From Bacteroidales bacterium (GTDB taxonomy: Bacteria; Bacteroidota; Bacteroidia; Bacteroidales; UBA932), in the NCBI GenBank assembly GCA_017474265.1, contig JAFVHZ010000103.1:614-64613 (forward strand): a stretch of 64,000 nucleotides of DNA. Direction: 5' to 3'. Positions 1 to 9,381 of the stretch are shown here, one piece after another. Position numbers and translations under genes: made by a program. The first letter of the stretch is position 1. Each line of letters begins with the position of its first letter. Under the pieces are notes generated by a model. That model was not told where the DNA came from. It saw only the letters and a program-made list of their open reading frames with translations, and searched no databases.

Positions 1-2107
1 CGGACTCTGCTTCTTCCTTGAAATAGTCGAAGATGTCATCAACTACGTCTTCGTCCAGAGTCTGCTCTATGTAGTAGTCAAGATTGAGTCTGGTGCCGGA
101 GAATACGATGGCCTCAATCTCATCGAGCAGTTCCTCCATGTCCATCCCTTTGGCATCTGCAATGTCTTCGAGAGGCAGTTTCCTGTCGACGCTTTGTATG
201 ATGTATACCTTGTTTACAGACTTGTTCACGGTGGATTTCATGACGAAGTCGTCAGGACGGACGATTTCGTTTTCCTCCACATAACGCGAAATCAGTTCGA
301 GGAACGGCTTTCCGAACTTGCGTGCTTTTCCTTCTCCGACGCCCTGGCAGTTCTTGAGTTCGTCAATGGTCAAAGGATACATGATGGACATGTCTTCCAG
401 TGAAGGATCTCCGAAGATGACCCATGGCTGCAGTTTCTGCTTTTTGGCCACGTCTCTGCGCAGATCCTTGAGCATTGACAACAGTTGGGCGTCGCCACCA
501 CCGCCGCCGCGTGCCGCCGCCGCTGTAGCGGTTATGTCGTCATCATCATCCTCTCCTTCGGCGAATTCGCGGTCTTCCGTAAGCATTATCTCATATGGCT
601 TTACGTAGAAGGCCTTGCCTTCTTCTGTCACTGATATGAGACCATATGACTCGATGTCCTTGTAGAGGAAGTGAAGGATCATTCCCTGATGAATCACTGC
701 GTTCCAGAATCTTACGGAATGGTCCTTTCCTGCTCCGTAGAGTTCGAGTTTGTCGTGCTTGTATGACTTTATCAGCGAGTTCATCTCTCCTGCCAGAATA
801 TTGGCGAGGTGCTCCATCTTGAATCTTTCCGGAAGACTTTGGATCAGTTCTATCACGGTAGACATTTCCTCACGCCCGTCAAACTGCTTCTTAGGATGCA
901 GGCAGTTGTCGCAGGAGCCGCAGTTTTCCTGTGTGAATGTTTCTCCGAAGTAGTTCAGGAGCAGTTTCCTGCGGCATGAGTTGGACTCGGCATAGGCAAC
1001 GGTTTCCATGAGGAGCTGCTTGCCGATCTCCTGTTCCGCTATAGGCTTGCCCTGCATGAACTTCTCAAGTTTCTGGATGTCCTTATAACTGTAGAAGGTG
1101 ATGCATTGTCCTTCCTGGCCGTCGCGTCCCGCTCTTCCGGTCTCCTGATAGTATCCCTCGATGCTTTTAGGAATGTCGTAGTGGATGACAAATCTTACGT
1201 CAGGCTTGTCGATTCCCATTCCGAACGCGATGGTCGCCACGATGACGTCGATTTCCTCCATGAGGAACTTGTCCTGGTTGTCTGCACGCGTCTTGGCATC
1301 GAGCCCGGCGTGGTAAGGTGCGGCCTTTATTCCGTTGATGTTCAGCAGTTCGGCCAGTTCTTCCACCTTTTTCCTGCTAAGACAATAGATGATGCCCGAC
1401 TTGCCCGGATTCTGCTTTATGTATCTGATGATGTCCCTTTTAGGGTCGGACTTGTCTCTTATTTCATAATAAAGGTTCGGACGGTTGAAGGACGACTTGA
1501 ACACAGTGGCGTCGGTCATTCCGAGGTTCTTGATGATGTCGCTCTGAACCTTAGGGGTCGCCGTGGCGGTCAATGCTATTATCGGAGAAACTCCGATTTC
1601 TTCAATGATGTTGCGTATCCTTCTGTATTCCGGACGGAAGTCGTGGCCCCATTCTGAGATGCAGTGAGCCTCGTCTACGGCATAGAAGGATATCTTGATC
1701 TCCTTCAGCATCGCTACGTTTTCGGTCTTGGTAAGTGATTCAGGGGCAACGTACAGGAGTTTTGTGGCTCCCGACAAAAGGTCGTTGCGCACTTCTGCAA
1801 TCTGAGCCTTGCTCAATGACGAATTCAGGAAATGTGCTATGCCGTCGTTTCCGGATACAAAGCCTCGGATGGCGTCCACCTGATTCTTCATCAGGGCGAT
1901 GAGCGGAGATATGACTATGGCGGTCCCCTCCATCACCAGAGCGGGCAACTGATAGCACAGTGACTTTCCGCCGCCCGTAGGCATCAGCACAAAGGCATTT
2001 CCACCGTTTACCAGGTGGTTGATGATGCGTTCCTGGTCGGCCTTGAACGAGTCGAAACCGAAGAATTCCTTAAGTTTGGCATGTAGGATGGCGGAGTCTG
2101 TCTGCAT
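1..2107 (-). CDS. recQ: ATP-dependent DNA helicase RecQ (3' end runs off the window)
   Basis: Not in the ORF track because it is truncated. The reverse strand from ATG at 2107 reads MQTDSAILHAKLKEFFGFDSFK..., with helicase motifs MPTGGGKSLCYQ, VDEAHCISEWGHDFRPEY, ATIAFGMGIDKPDVR, YYQETGRAGRDG and the RQC Zn motif CGSCDNC. Confidence 0.95.
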   Translation of the reverse strand, partial: MQTDSAILHAKLKEFFGFDSFKADQERIINHLVNGGNAFVLMPTGGGKSLCYQLPALVMEGTAIVISPLIALMKNQVDAIRGFVSGNDGIAHFLNSSLSKAQIAEVRNDLLSGATKLLYVAPESLTKTENVAMLKEIKISFYAVDEAHCISEWGHDFRPEYRRIRNIIEEIGVSPIIALTATATPKVQSDIIKNLGMTDATVFKSSFNRPNLYYEIRDKSDPKRDIIRYIKQNPGKSGIIYCLSRKKVEELAELLNINGIKAAPYHAGLDAKTRADNQDKFLMEEIDVIVATIAFGMGIDKPDVRFVIHYDIPKSIEGYYQETGRAGRDGQEGQCITFYSYKDIQKLEKFMQGKPIAEQEIGKQLLMETVAYAESNSCRRKLLLNYFGETFTQENCGSCDNCLHPKKQFDGREEMSTVIELIQSLPERFKMEHLANILAGEMNSLIKSYKHDKLELYGAGKDHSVRFWNAVIHQGMILHFLYKDIESYGLISVTEEGKAFYVKPYEIMLTEDREFAEGEDDDDDITATAAAARGGGGGDAQLLSMLKDLRRDVAKKQKLQPWVIFGDPSLEDMSIMYPLTIDELKNCQGVGEGKARKFGKPFLELISRYVEENEIVRPDDFVMKSTVNKSVNKVYIIQSVDRKLPLEDIADAKGMDMEELLDEIEAIVFSGTRLNLDYYIEQTLDEDVVDDIFDYFKEEAES

Positions 2108-2216
2108 AGCCGGATAAATTTGCTTACTAAGTTAAATGATTTTTTTCGACTCGTCAAAATTTTTCGACATTATTATTCATGTGCAATGAAAAATGATTAG
2201 GAATAAAAAAAATCTG

Positions 2217-2224
2217 TATATTTG
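2217..2224 (+). promoter_or_regulatory. Bacteroidetes sigma-A -7 element (TATATTTG) upstream of the FKBP gene
   Basis: Matches TAnnTTTG in an AT-rich intergenic region, 44 bp before the ATG at 2268. Confidence 0.6.
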
Positions 2225-2267
2225 CAGATTGGATTGACAATTATTAACATTAAATATTTTTAATTAC

Positions 2268-3017
2268 ATGAAAGCAATCAAAATCTTCGCAGCAGCGCTT
2301 GTGGCAACTTTCGCGCTGTCATGCACAACAGGAACAAAAAGCAATGTCGCAGTGGATGCTGAACTTCCAACAGCGGCCGAAGTGGATTCAGTAAGTTATC
2401 TTATCGGTGTGAACTTCGGTTCATTCCTCAAGGGAAACAATTTCGCAGAGGACCTCAATGAGATCAACATGGCGGAACTCAAGAAGGGTATGCAGGACTT
2501 CCTCAAGGCTGAGGGTTCTCCATATGATGCAGATTTCGGAGCACAGTTCAAGATCGACCCTAACAAGATGGGTCAGATCCTTAACGGATACATCACAAAG
2601 AAGCAGAATTACAAGGCTGCTGTAAACCTTGCAGAAGAGAAGGCTTTCCTTGCAAAGAACGCCAAACTTGAGAATGTTGACACAACAGCAAGCGGTCTCC
2701 AGTATACAATCATCTCAGAGGGTGCAGAGTATAAGGTGGCTCCTCAGGACACAGTATGGGTTAACTACAAGGGAACTCTTCTTGACGGTACAGTATTCGA
2801 TGAGAACGATTCTACCCAGTTCATCGCTAACCGCGTGATCAAGGGTTGGACAGAGGGTCTCGGTCTCCTTGGTGAGGGTGGAAAGGCTACTCTCTACATT
2901 CCTTCTGAACTTGCATACGGCGTGAGAGGAAACCGCAGCATCGAGCCTAACTCTACACTGATCTTCGACGTAGAGGTACTCAAGGTAGGTAAGTTCGTGC
3001 CTAAGGAGGAGAAGTAA
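2268..3017 (+). CDS. FKBP-type peptidyl-prolyl cis-trans isomerase (FkpA/Mip-like lipoprotein)
   Basis: Lipobox FALSC, N-terminal DSVSYLIG dimerisation motif, and FKBP motifs VNYKGTLLDGTVFD, VIKGWTEGL, IPSELAYG. Confidence 0.92.
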   Translation: MKAIKIFAAALVATFALSCTTGTKSNVAVDAELPTAAEVDSVSYLIGVNFGSFLKGNNFAEDLNEINMAELKKGMQDFLKAEGSPYDADFGAQFKIDPNKMGQILNGYITKKQNYKAAVNLAEEKAFLAKNAKLENVDTTASGLQYTIISEGAEYKVAPQDTVWVNYKGTLLDGTVFDENDSTQFIANRVIKGWTEGLGLLGEGGKATLYIPSELAYGVRGNRSIEPNSTLIFDVEVLKVGKFVPKEEK

Positions 3018-3442
3018 TGGCAATGGAACTCGAGGGCAGGATTGTCCGCAAACTCAATGTCCAGACAGGAACCTCAGCAAGAGGTGCCTGGGCTAAGCAG
3101 GAATTCATTTTCGAGTATCAGGAAGGCAGTTATCCCTCTCAGGTATGCATGAATGTCTGGGGCGAGGATAAGGTCAAGGATCTTGAGAAGTATCAGATCG
3201 GTGACAAGGTGAAGATTGCCTTTAATCTCAGCAGCCGCGAATACAATGGACGTTGGTATACGGATGTCAGGGCATGGAGAATAGAGCCGGTAGCGGCCCA
3301 GCAGCAGGATTATGCTGCAGGTGCTGTGGCGGGTGGAGCCGGATATGTGGGAACTCCCGCTCCTGCTCCGGCACCTGAATATGACTATGCTGCTTCTGCC
3401 GGAAGTTATGCCGCTCCGCTTGAAGACGACCTTCCGTTCTGA
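3017..3442 (+). CDS. DUF3127 family (SSB-like OB-fold) protein
   Basis: WAKQEF...SREYNGRWYTDVRAWRI with an acidic C-terminal tail DDLPF. Confidence 0.85.
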   Translation: MAMELEGRIVRKLNVQTGTSARGAWAKQEFIFEYQEGSYPSQVCMNVWGEDKVKDLEKYQIGDKVKIAFNLSSREYNGRWYTDVRAWRIEPVAAQQQDYAAGAVAGGAGYVGTPAPAPAPEYDYAASAGSYAAPLEDDLPF

Positions 3443-3463
3443 TTGATTCAAGACTAGGATGAC

Positions 3464-3577
3464 AGCGACCCGGAAAAATCGTGAGGTTTTTCCGGGTCGC
3501 TTGTTGTTACGGCTGTTGTCTGTAAGAAAACCTGTTGCGAGTCGGAAGAATGATAGAATCTTTCCGGTTCGCGACAG
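3464..3577. repeat. REP-like hairpin doublet (family A, GCGACCCGGAAAA-N-TTTTCCGGGTCGC), units 72 bp apart
   Basis: Unit 3464-3501 has a perfect 15-bp stem and unit 3532-3577 is degenerate. Same motif as at 21506-21615 and 24083-24190. Lies between convergent genes, so it may also terminate transcription. Confidence 0.8.
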
Positions 3578-3578
3578 A

Positions 3579-4403
3579 TCATATAGGCAGTTGGACAAGT
3601 CTGCGGCTCTCATAGTGGGATGTCCATCTGAATCCCAAGGACTTCAGCATGGATACGGAATTCATGAAATTGTGACCGACTCTTTCAGGGTCGTGCGAGT
3701 CGGAACCGAGGCTTATGGCCTCTCCGCCCATCTCTCTGTATCTCGCCAGCACATCCATGTCGATGCTTACTTCGCGTCCGTGGTAGTTCTGGTAACTCTT
3801 TGTGTTGATTTCCAATGCTTTGCCTTCCTGTATCAGATAGCGGAACATTTCGTCGAGGATGTCGCTGAAGTCACGGTATCTGAGACAGCACTGAGGATAT
3901 GGGGCGTATCTCACGACATAGTCGAAGTGTCCCATGATGTCGAAGTCCTTGAGCCATGTCATCTCCTTGAAGATGGTTTCGAGGTAGTGTCCGTATGCCT
4001 CCTTCCAGTCTTTGTCTTCGTAATATCCTCCGTAGAAAGGGTCTATCCCGTCGAGGTAGTGGACGGACGCTATGACCTGGTCGAATGAGTTGTCCGTCAA
4101 TGTCTTCCTTATCTGCTCATGGCAGTCTTCGTGCATGCCGATCTCTATGCCTTTCAATATCTTGACGGAAGATACCATGTCCTGAACACGGTCGATTTCC
4201 GCCTGCTGTCCTGCGATGTCGAATGTTTCCGGAACGAGGTTTTCATATGCAGCCTTCATTTCCGGAACGAAATAGTCGCAGTGGTCTGTGAACGCTATGC
4301 CTCCTAAGCCTTTTGCGGCTGCTTCAAGGACGCTTTTTTCGACGGAAGTCCTTTTGCCGTCGAAGGAAAACTCACTGTGATTATGATTGTCAAATAAAAC
4401 CAT
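3579..4403 (-). CDS. PHP-family histidinol-phosphatase (HisJ/HisK type)
   Basis: DNHNHSEFSFD, AFTDHCD, GHFDY, LEINT and GSDSH metal-binding motifs. Confidence 0.85.
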   Translation of the reverse strand: MVLFDNHNHSEFSFDGKRTSVEKSVLEAAAKGLGGIAFTDHCDYFVPEMKAAYENLVPETFDIAGQQAEIDRVQDMVSSVKILKGIEIGMHEDCHEQIRKTLTDNSFDQVIASVHYLDGIDPFYGGYYEDKDWKEAYGHYLETIFKEMTWLKDFDIMGHFDYVVRYAPYPQCCLRYRDFSDILDEMFRYLIQEGKALEINTKSYQNYHGREVSIDMDVLARYREMGGEAISLGSDSHDPERVGHNFMNSVSMLKSLGFRWTSHYESRRLVQLPI

Positions 4404-4507
4404 GGGGATAATGCGAAAACGGCCGCAAAAATAGCAAATTTTTTGCTATTTTTGCAGATTATGCCATATTGGCGATATGTGGGTATCATATATAATTGAT
4501 AGAAAAG

Positions 4508-5107
4508 ATGATAACGTTCGGTTATAGGAATAAGTTCAACGGCCCCATCAGGGCTTTGACTGCCATTGCAATCGGTATAGTGATGGTGCTTAGCAGGACT
4601 AATGCTCTCGAACTTGCTGTAAGAATAATTGCGGCCTTCATTTTCGCTTCAGGCCTCGTGTCTCTTATCGTAGGATACAGGAACAGGGCTAACGGCGCTA
4701 TGGGGCTGATGAGTGTCAATGCCATAGTGGACATGATCCTGGGATTTGCCCTTTTCATGTTCCCGGGCTTCGTTGCCGGGCTCCTCATATATCTGATCGG
4801 TTTTATACTGATAGTCTTCGGGGCTATGCAGATGATGTCCCTTCTCAGTGCCAACCGTGTCATGAAGGTCGGAGTGTGGTCTTTCATATTCCCGTTGCTG
4901 GTGCTCGCGTCCGGCGTTTTCCTTGTCTTCAACCCGTCTTTCGTGGGTGAGGCTATAGGTGTGGTGGCCGGTGCTGCTCTGATCGTGTATGGCGCTTCCG
5001 AACTGCTGTCATCATGGAAGATGAAGAAGGCGATGGACGAGTACGGGAGTGCGGGAGAGCCTCCGGTAGTGAAGGATGTCGATTACGAAAAAGTTGACGA
5101 ACAGTAG
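4508..5107 (+). CDS. HdeD/DUF308 family membrane protein
   Basis: About six short hydrophobic helices in repeated pairs. ATG at 4508 is preferred over TTG at 4496. Confidence 0.7.
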   Translation: MITFGYRNKFNGPIRALTAIAIGIVMVLSRTNALELAVRIIAAFIFASGLVSLIVGYRNRANGAMGLMSVNAIVDMILGFALFMFPGFVAGLLIYLIGFILIVFGAMQMMSLLSANRVMKVGVWSFIFPLLVLASGVFLVFNPSFVGEAIGVVAGAALIVYGASELLSSWKMKKAMDEYGSAGEPPVVKDVDYEKVDEQ

Positions 5108-5110
5108 GAT

Positions 5111-7144
5111 ATGATTCCACAGGAAACGGTGAACAGGATACTTGATCTGGCGCAGATCGAGGACGTAGTGGGCGATTTCGTGACCCTGAAGAGGGCGGGA
5201 TCGACCTACAAGGCCTGTTGTCCGTTCCATAATGAGAAGACGCCGTCTTTTGTGGTGTCTCCGTCGAAAGGAATCTTCAAATGCTTCGGTTGCGGAAAGT
5301 CGGGCACTGCAGTTGGTTTCGTCATGGAACATGAGAGCATGTCCTATGTCGAAGCCTTGAAATACCTTGCGAAGAAGTACAATGTGGAGGTGGTGGAGAC
5401 GGAAGAAACGGCCGAGGACATCATGCAGAGGCAGAGGAACGAGAGTCTGCTTCTGGTGTCCGAGTTTGCCGGAAAGTTCTTCCAGGAGAGCCTGAAGACC
5501 CAGGAAGGTCAGACTATAGGCTGGCAGTATTTCAAGAGCCGCGGTCTGGAGGACGAGACTATCAGGAAATACGGCCTGGGATGGGCTCCGGTGATGAGGA
5601 CGACTTTCACGGAGGCGGCCCGTGCTGCCGGGTACAAGGAGGAATACCTTCTGGATACCGGCCTTTGCAAGAAATACGATGACGGCAGGGTAGTGGACAC
5701 CTTCCATGACAGGGTGATGTTCCCTATACATTCCGTGAGCGGACGCATCATAGCATTCGGGGGACGTACCCTCAAGACCGACAAGACCATCCCGAAATAT
5801 GTGAATTCCAAGGAGACGGAGATATATGTGAAGAGCAAGTCTCTGTACGGAATATATTTCGCGAAGAACGAGATTTCACGTCAGGACAAATGTATCCTCG
5901 TGGAGGGCTATCTTGATGTTCTTTCGATGCACCAACTCGGTATCCGCAATGTGGTGGCATCCAGTGGCACGTCCCTTACGGTGGATCAGATACGTCTGAT
6001 ACGCAAGTTCACAGACAATGTGACGATCATTTATGACGGTGACAATGCCGGAATAAAGGCAGCCCTGAGAGGAATAGGTCTGGTGCTGAAGGAGGGTCTG
6101 AATGTCAAGGTGGTGCTTCTGCCTGAAGGTCAGGACCCTGATGATTTTGCGAGGAAACATACTCTGGAAGAGGTGCAGGACCATATTGCACGCAACGAGC
6201 AGGATTTCATCGGCTTCAAGACAGACCTTCTTCTTGATGAGGCGGGGGGAGACCCTCTCAAGCGTGCGACACTGATCAATGATGTCGCGGATACGATAGC
6301 CCTGATTCCTGATGCCATCAAGCGCGCTGTATATATCCAGACATGTTCCGCCAAGTTCGATATAGACGAACAGATACTGACCGAGCGCGTGAGCAGGTCA
6401 CGTACGGATATGCTCATTGCCGACAAGAAGGAGCATGACCGGGCAAGAGAACGTGAAATGGCCAGAAACCGTCCGTCCGATGATGTGCCTCCTCCTGAGA
6501 TTCCGGATGAATATGTCCCGTATGATGATTCCGGATATATGCCTTCCGTGCAGCAGGTTCCGGTGGAGGTTCCTGTCGAGGGCATTGTCGTCACAGAGCC
6601 GTATCTGGCGCCATGCGAGAAGGAACTTCTTGGCTTCATTCTGGAGGAAGGATGCACGGACCTGGATTTCGACAGGGATTCAAGGTTCTATGTCGAAGGC
6701 GAGAAGATTAATGTGGCTGAATTCATTGACGGAATTCTTGCGGATGATGATGCCGATTTCGTGAATCCTTCATACAGAAAGGTTTACGAAGAATACTTCA
6801 GGATGTATGATGAGGGCCTTGAGCAGGGGCAGATGCGACGGAGACTTCTGGATCATGCAGATGCAGAGATAGCGGCTGTTGCAAAGGATCTTCTGATAGA
6901 GAAGCATCCGTTGACTGTAAAGAACTATGAGCAGTCTCTGACTGCAACGGCGACACGCCTTGTGATATATGTTCCTAAGACGCTTCTGACCTATCAGTGC
7001 AAGAAGGTGGAACTGGAGTCACGCAGACTTACGGATGAACTTGCCGTGACGACGGATGCCGGCCGTCAGATGGAGATACTCGCGACCTTGGGAGAGTACA
7101 ACCGCCTGCGTACCCGCCTGAACAACGAACTCGGCAGGGTCTGA
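5111..7144 (+). CDS. dnaG: DNA primase
   Basis: Zn finger CPFHNEKTPSF...CFGCG, FGGR, PKYVNS, and TOPRIM motifs VEGYLDV and YDGDNAG. Confidence 0.97.
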   Translation: MIPQETVNRILDLAQIEDVVGDFVTLKRAGSTYKACCPFHNEKTPSFVVSPSKGIFKCFGCGKSGTAVGFVMEHESMSYVEALKYLAKKYNVEVVETEETAEDIMQRQRNESLLLVSEFAGKFFQESLKTQEGQTIGWQYFKSRGLEDETIRKYGLGWAPVMRTTFTEAARAAGYKEEYLLDTGLCKKYDDGRVVDTFHDRVMFPIHSVSGRIIAFGGRTLKTDKTIPKYVNSKETEIYVKSKSLYGIYFAKNEISRQDKCILVEGYLDVLSMHQLGIRNVVASSGTSLTVDQIRLIRKFTDNVTIIYDGDNAGIKAALRGIGLVLKEGLNVKVVLLPEGQDPDDFARKHTLEEVQDHIARNEQDFIGFKTDLLLDEAGGDPLKRATLINDVADTIALIPDAIKRAVYIQTCSAKFDIDEQILTERVSRSRTDMLIADKKEHDRAREREMARNRPSDDVPPPEIPDEYVPYDDSGYMPSVQQVPVEVPVEGIVVTEPYLAPCEKELLGFILEEGCTDLDFDRDSRFYVEGEKINVAEFIDGILADDDADFVNPSYRKVYEEYFRMYDEGLEQGQMRRRLLDHADAEIAAVAKDLLIEKHPLTVKNYEQSLTATATRLVIYVPKTLLTYQCKKVELESRRLTDELAVTTDAGRQMEILATLGEYNRLRTRLNNELGRV

Positions 7145-7175
7145 TTTACGATAAAATGTTAAAATAGAATAATAT

Positions 7176-9341
7176 ATGGAAAAGAAATTCAACAGAACGC
7201 TTGTGACCTGTGCGCTTCCATACGCGAACGGTCCTGTTCATATCGGCCACCTGGCCGGTGTATATGTGCCTGCAGACATCTATGTGAGGTACTTGAGGAT
7301 GAGGGGAAAGGATGTTCTCTATGTCTGCGGATCGGATGAGCACGGAGTGCCTATCACCATCAAGGCACAGAAGGAAGGCTGTACTCCGCAGGATATCGTG
7401 GACAGGTATCACAAGATCATCAAGAATTCCTTTACCGGACTTGGCATCAACTTCGACATCTATTCGAGGACTTCGTCAAAGACGCATCATAAGAACGCTT
7501 CCGACTATTTCAGGAAACTTTATGATGAGGGCAAGTTCATCGAGAAGGTGAGTGAGCAGTATTACGACGAGGAGACCAAGACCTTCCTTGCTGACCGTTA
7601 CATCACCGGAACCTGTCCGCGTTGCGGTGCTGAGGGTGCATATGGAGATCAGTGCGAGAAATGTGGTGCGACTCTCAGTCCGGATGAACTGATCAATCCT
7701 AAGTCAGCCCTCAGTGGTGGCGAACTCGTGAAGAAGGAGACCAAGCATTGGTATCTGCCTCTGGACCAGTATGAAGGATGGCTTTCTCAGTGGATTCTTG
7801 AGGGTCATAAGGAATGGCGCAGCAATGTTTACGGACAGTGCAAGAGCTGGATTGACGGCGGTCTTCAGCCTCGTGCCGTGAGCCGTGACCTTAATTGGGG
7901 TGTGCCTGTTCCGGTAGAAGGCGCTGATGGCAAGGTGCTTTATGTATGGTTCGATGCCCCGATCGGATATATTTCAAACACTCAGGAACTTCTTCCTCAG
8001 TCATGGGAGAAATGGTGGAAGAGCGAGGATACGAAACTGGTCCATTTCATCGGAAAGGACAACATCGTCTTCCACTGCATCGTGTTCCCGTCAATGCTCA
8101 AGGCGGACGGAAGTTATATTCTTCCAGACAATGTGCCTGCAAATGAGTTCCTGAACCTCGAAGGCGACAAGATCTCGACATCACGCGGATGGGCCGTATG
8201 GCTTCATGAGTATCTTGAGCAGTTCCCGGGGCAGGAGGACGTGCTCCGCTATGTGCTGACTGCAAACGCTCCTGAGACAAAGGACAACGATTTCTCATGG
8301 AAGGATTTTCAGGCCCGCAACAACAGCGAACTCGTGGCTATCCTCGGTAATTTCGTGAACCGTGCCGTAGTGCTGACCCATAAGTATTTCGAGGGCCGTG
8401 TGCCTGCAGACCTCAAGCCTGAGGCGATAGATGCCGAGACTCTTGCTCAGATCCAGCCTTTGCGCGAGGCCATGGAGAAATATCTTGATGGCTACAAGTT
8501 CCGCGAGGCTCTCAAGGAGGCCATGAACATTGCGCGTCTGGGAAACAAATATCTTACTGATACAGAGCCTTGGAAGGTGGCAAAGACAGATATGGACAGG
8601 ACAGCGTCTATTCTTAATGTTTCACTTCAGATATGTGCTTCTCTTGCAATCGCATTCGAGCCGTTCCTGCCGTTCTCGTCTGAGAAACTCCGCAGCATCC
8701 TGAATGTAGGCATCGCTGCCGGCACAGACCATCGTGCAGGCGAGGAGGGTGCTGTCAGTGAAAACATCTATGCAGCAGGTGAGGGCGCTGCCCTTCATAC
8801 CGGCATTGCATACGACGGCCTTACCCTCTCATGGGACGATCTCGGCAAGGCTTCGATCCTTCCTGCCGGTCATGTCCTCAATCAGCCGACCCTTCTTTTT
8901 GCGAAGATCGAGGATGAGGTCGTGGATGCTCAGATTGCGCGTCTTGAGGCTATCCGTGCTGAGCGTGAGGCTGCGGCGAAGGCTGCAGAGGCCGCTGTCG
9001 TTACTCCTCAGAAGGAAGAGTGTACCTTCGATGATTTCGGAAAGATGGATATCCGTACGGCAACCGTCCTTGAGGCTGAGCGTGTGCCGAAGACAGACAA
9101 ACTCCTGAAACTGACCATCGATACAGGTATCGATAAACGTGTCATTGTGTCAGGCATTGCCGAGCAGTATTCTCCTGAGGAGATGGTGGGCAAGCAGATA
9201 TGTATACTTGCCAATCTTGCTCCGCGCAAGATCCGTGGCATAGAGTCGAAGGGTATGATCCTTATGGCGCGTCAGAACGACGGCAAGATGCGTTTCATTA
9301 CGCCTGCGGAGACTCTCTGCAACGGTGCTGAGATAGGATAA
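7176..9341 (+). CDS. metG: Methionine--tRNA ligase with C-terminal tRNA-binding domain
   Basis: [23 protein letters not shown], Zn knuckle and C-terminal Trbp111-like domain. Confidence 0.97.
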   Translation: MEKKFNRTLVTCALPYANGPVHIGHLAGVYVPADIYVRYLRMRGKDVLYVCGSDEHGVPITIKAQKEGCTPQDIVDRYHKIIKNSFTGLGINFDIYSRTSSKTHHKNASDYFRKLYDEGKFIEKVSEQYYDEETKTFLADRYITGTCPRCGAEGAYGDQCEKCGATLSPDELINPKSALSGGELVKKETKHWYLPLDQYEGWLSQWILEGHKEWRSNVYGQCKSWIDGGLQPRAVSRDLNWGVPVPVEGADGKVLYVWFDAPIGYISNTQELLPQSWEKWWKSEDTKLVHFIGKDNIVFHCIVFPSMLKADGSYILPDNVPANEFLNLEGDKISTSRGWAVWLHEYLEQFPGQEDVLRYVLTANAPETKDNDFSWKDFQARNNSELVAILGNFVNRAVVLTHKYFEGRVPADLKPEAIDAETLAQIQPLREAMEKYLDGYKFREALKEAMNIARLGNKYLTDTEPWKVAKTDMDRTASILNVSLQICASLAIAFEPFLPFSSEKLRSILNVGIAAGTDHRAGEEGAVSENIYAAGEGAALHTGIAYDGLTLSWDDLGKASILPAGHVLNQPTLLFAKIEDEVVDAQIARLEAIRAEREAAAKAAEAAVVTPQKEECTFDDFGKMDIRTATVLEAERVPKTDKLLKLTIDTGIDKRVIVSGIAEQYSPEEMVGKQICILANLAPRKIRGIESKGMILMARQNDGKMRFITPAETLCNGAEIG

Positions 9342-9372
9342 TCCCCAGTCATCCCCGGCATGACCGGGGATC
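9341..9372. repeat. Short REP-like palindrome GTCATCCCCGGCATGACCGGGGATC
   Basis: ATCCCCGG-CATGA-CCGGGGAT hairpin (9351-9371), with an alternative pairing ATCCCC-A-GTCAT/ATGAC-C-GGGGAT, in the 40-bp metG-murB gap. Confidence 0.55.
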
Positions 9373-9381
9373 TGAAAGACT

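Noticed and set aside
84-1958. Several short ORFs in the track at the window start
   Set aside because: All overlap the truncated minus-strand recQ, which the track missed.
8700-8835. ~35-aa extra segment in MetG ([15 protein letters not shown]...[15 protein letters not shown])
   Set aside because: Shows weak internal duplication but no long stem or family B head, so it is not counted as a palindromic insertion.
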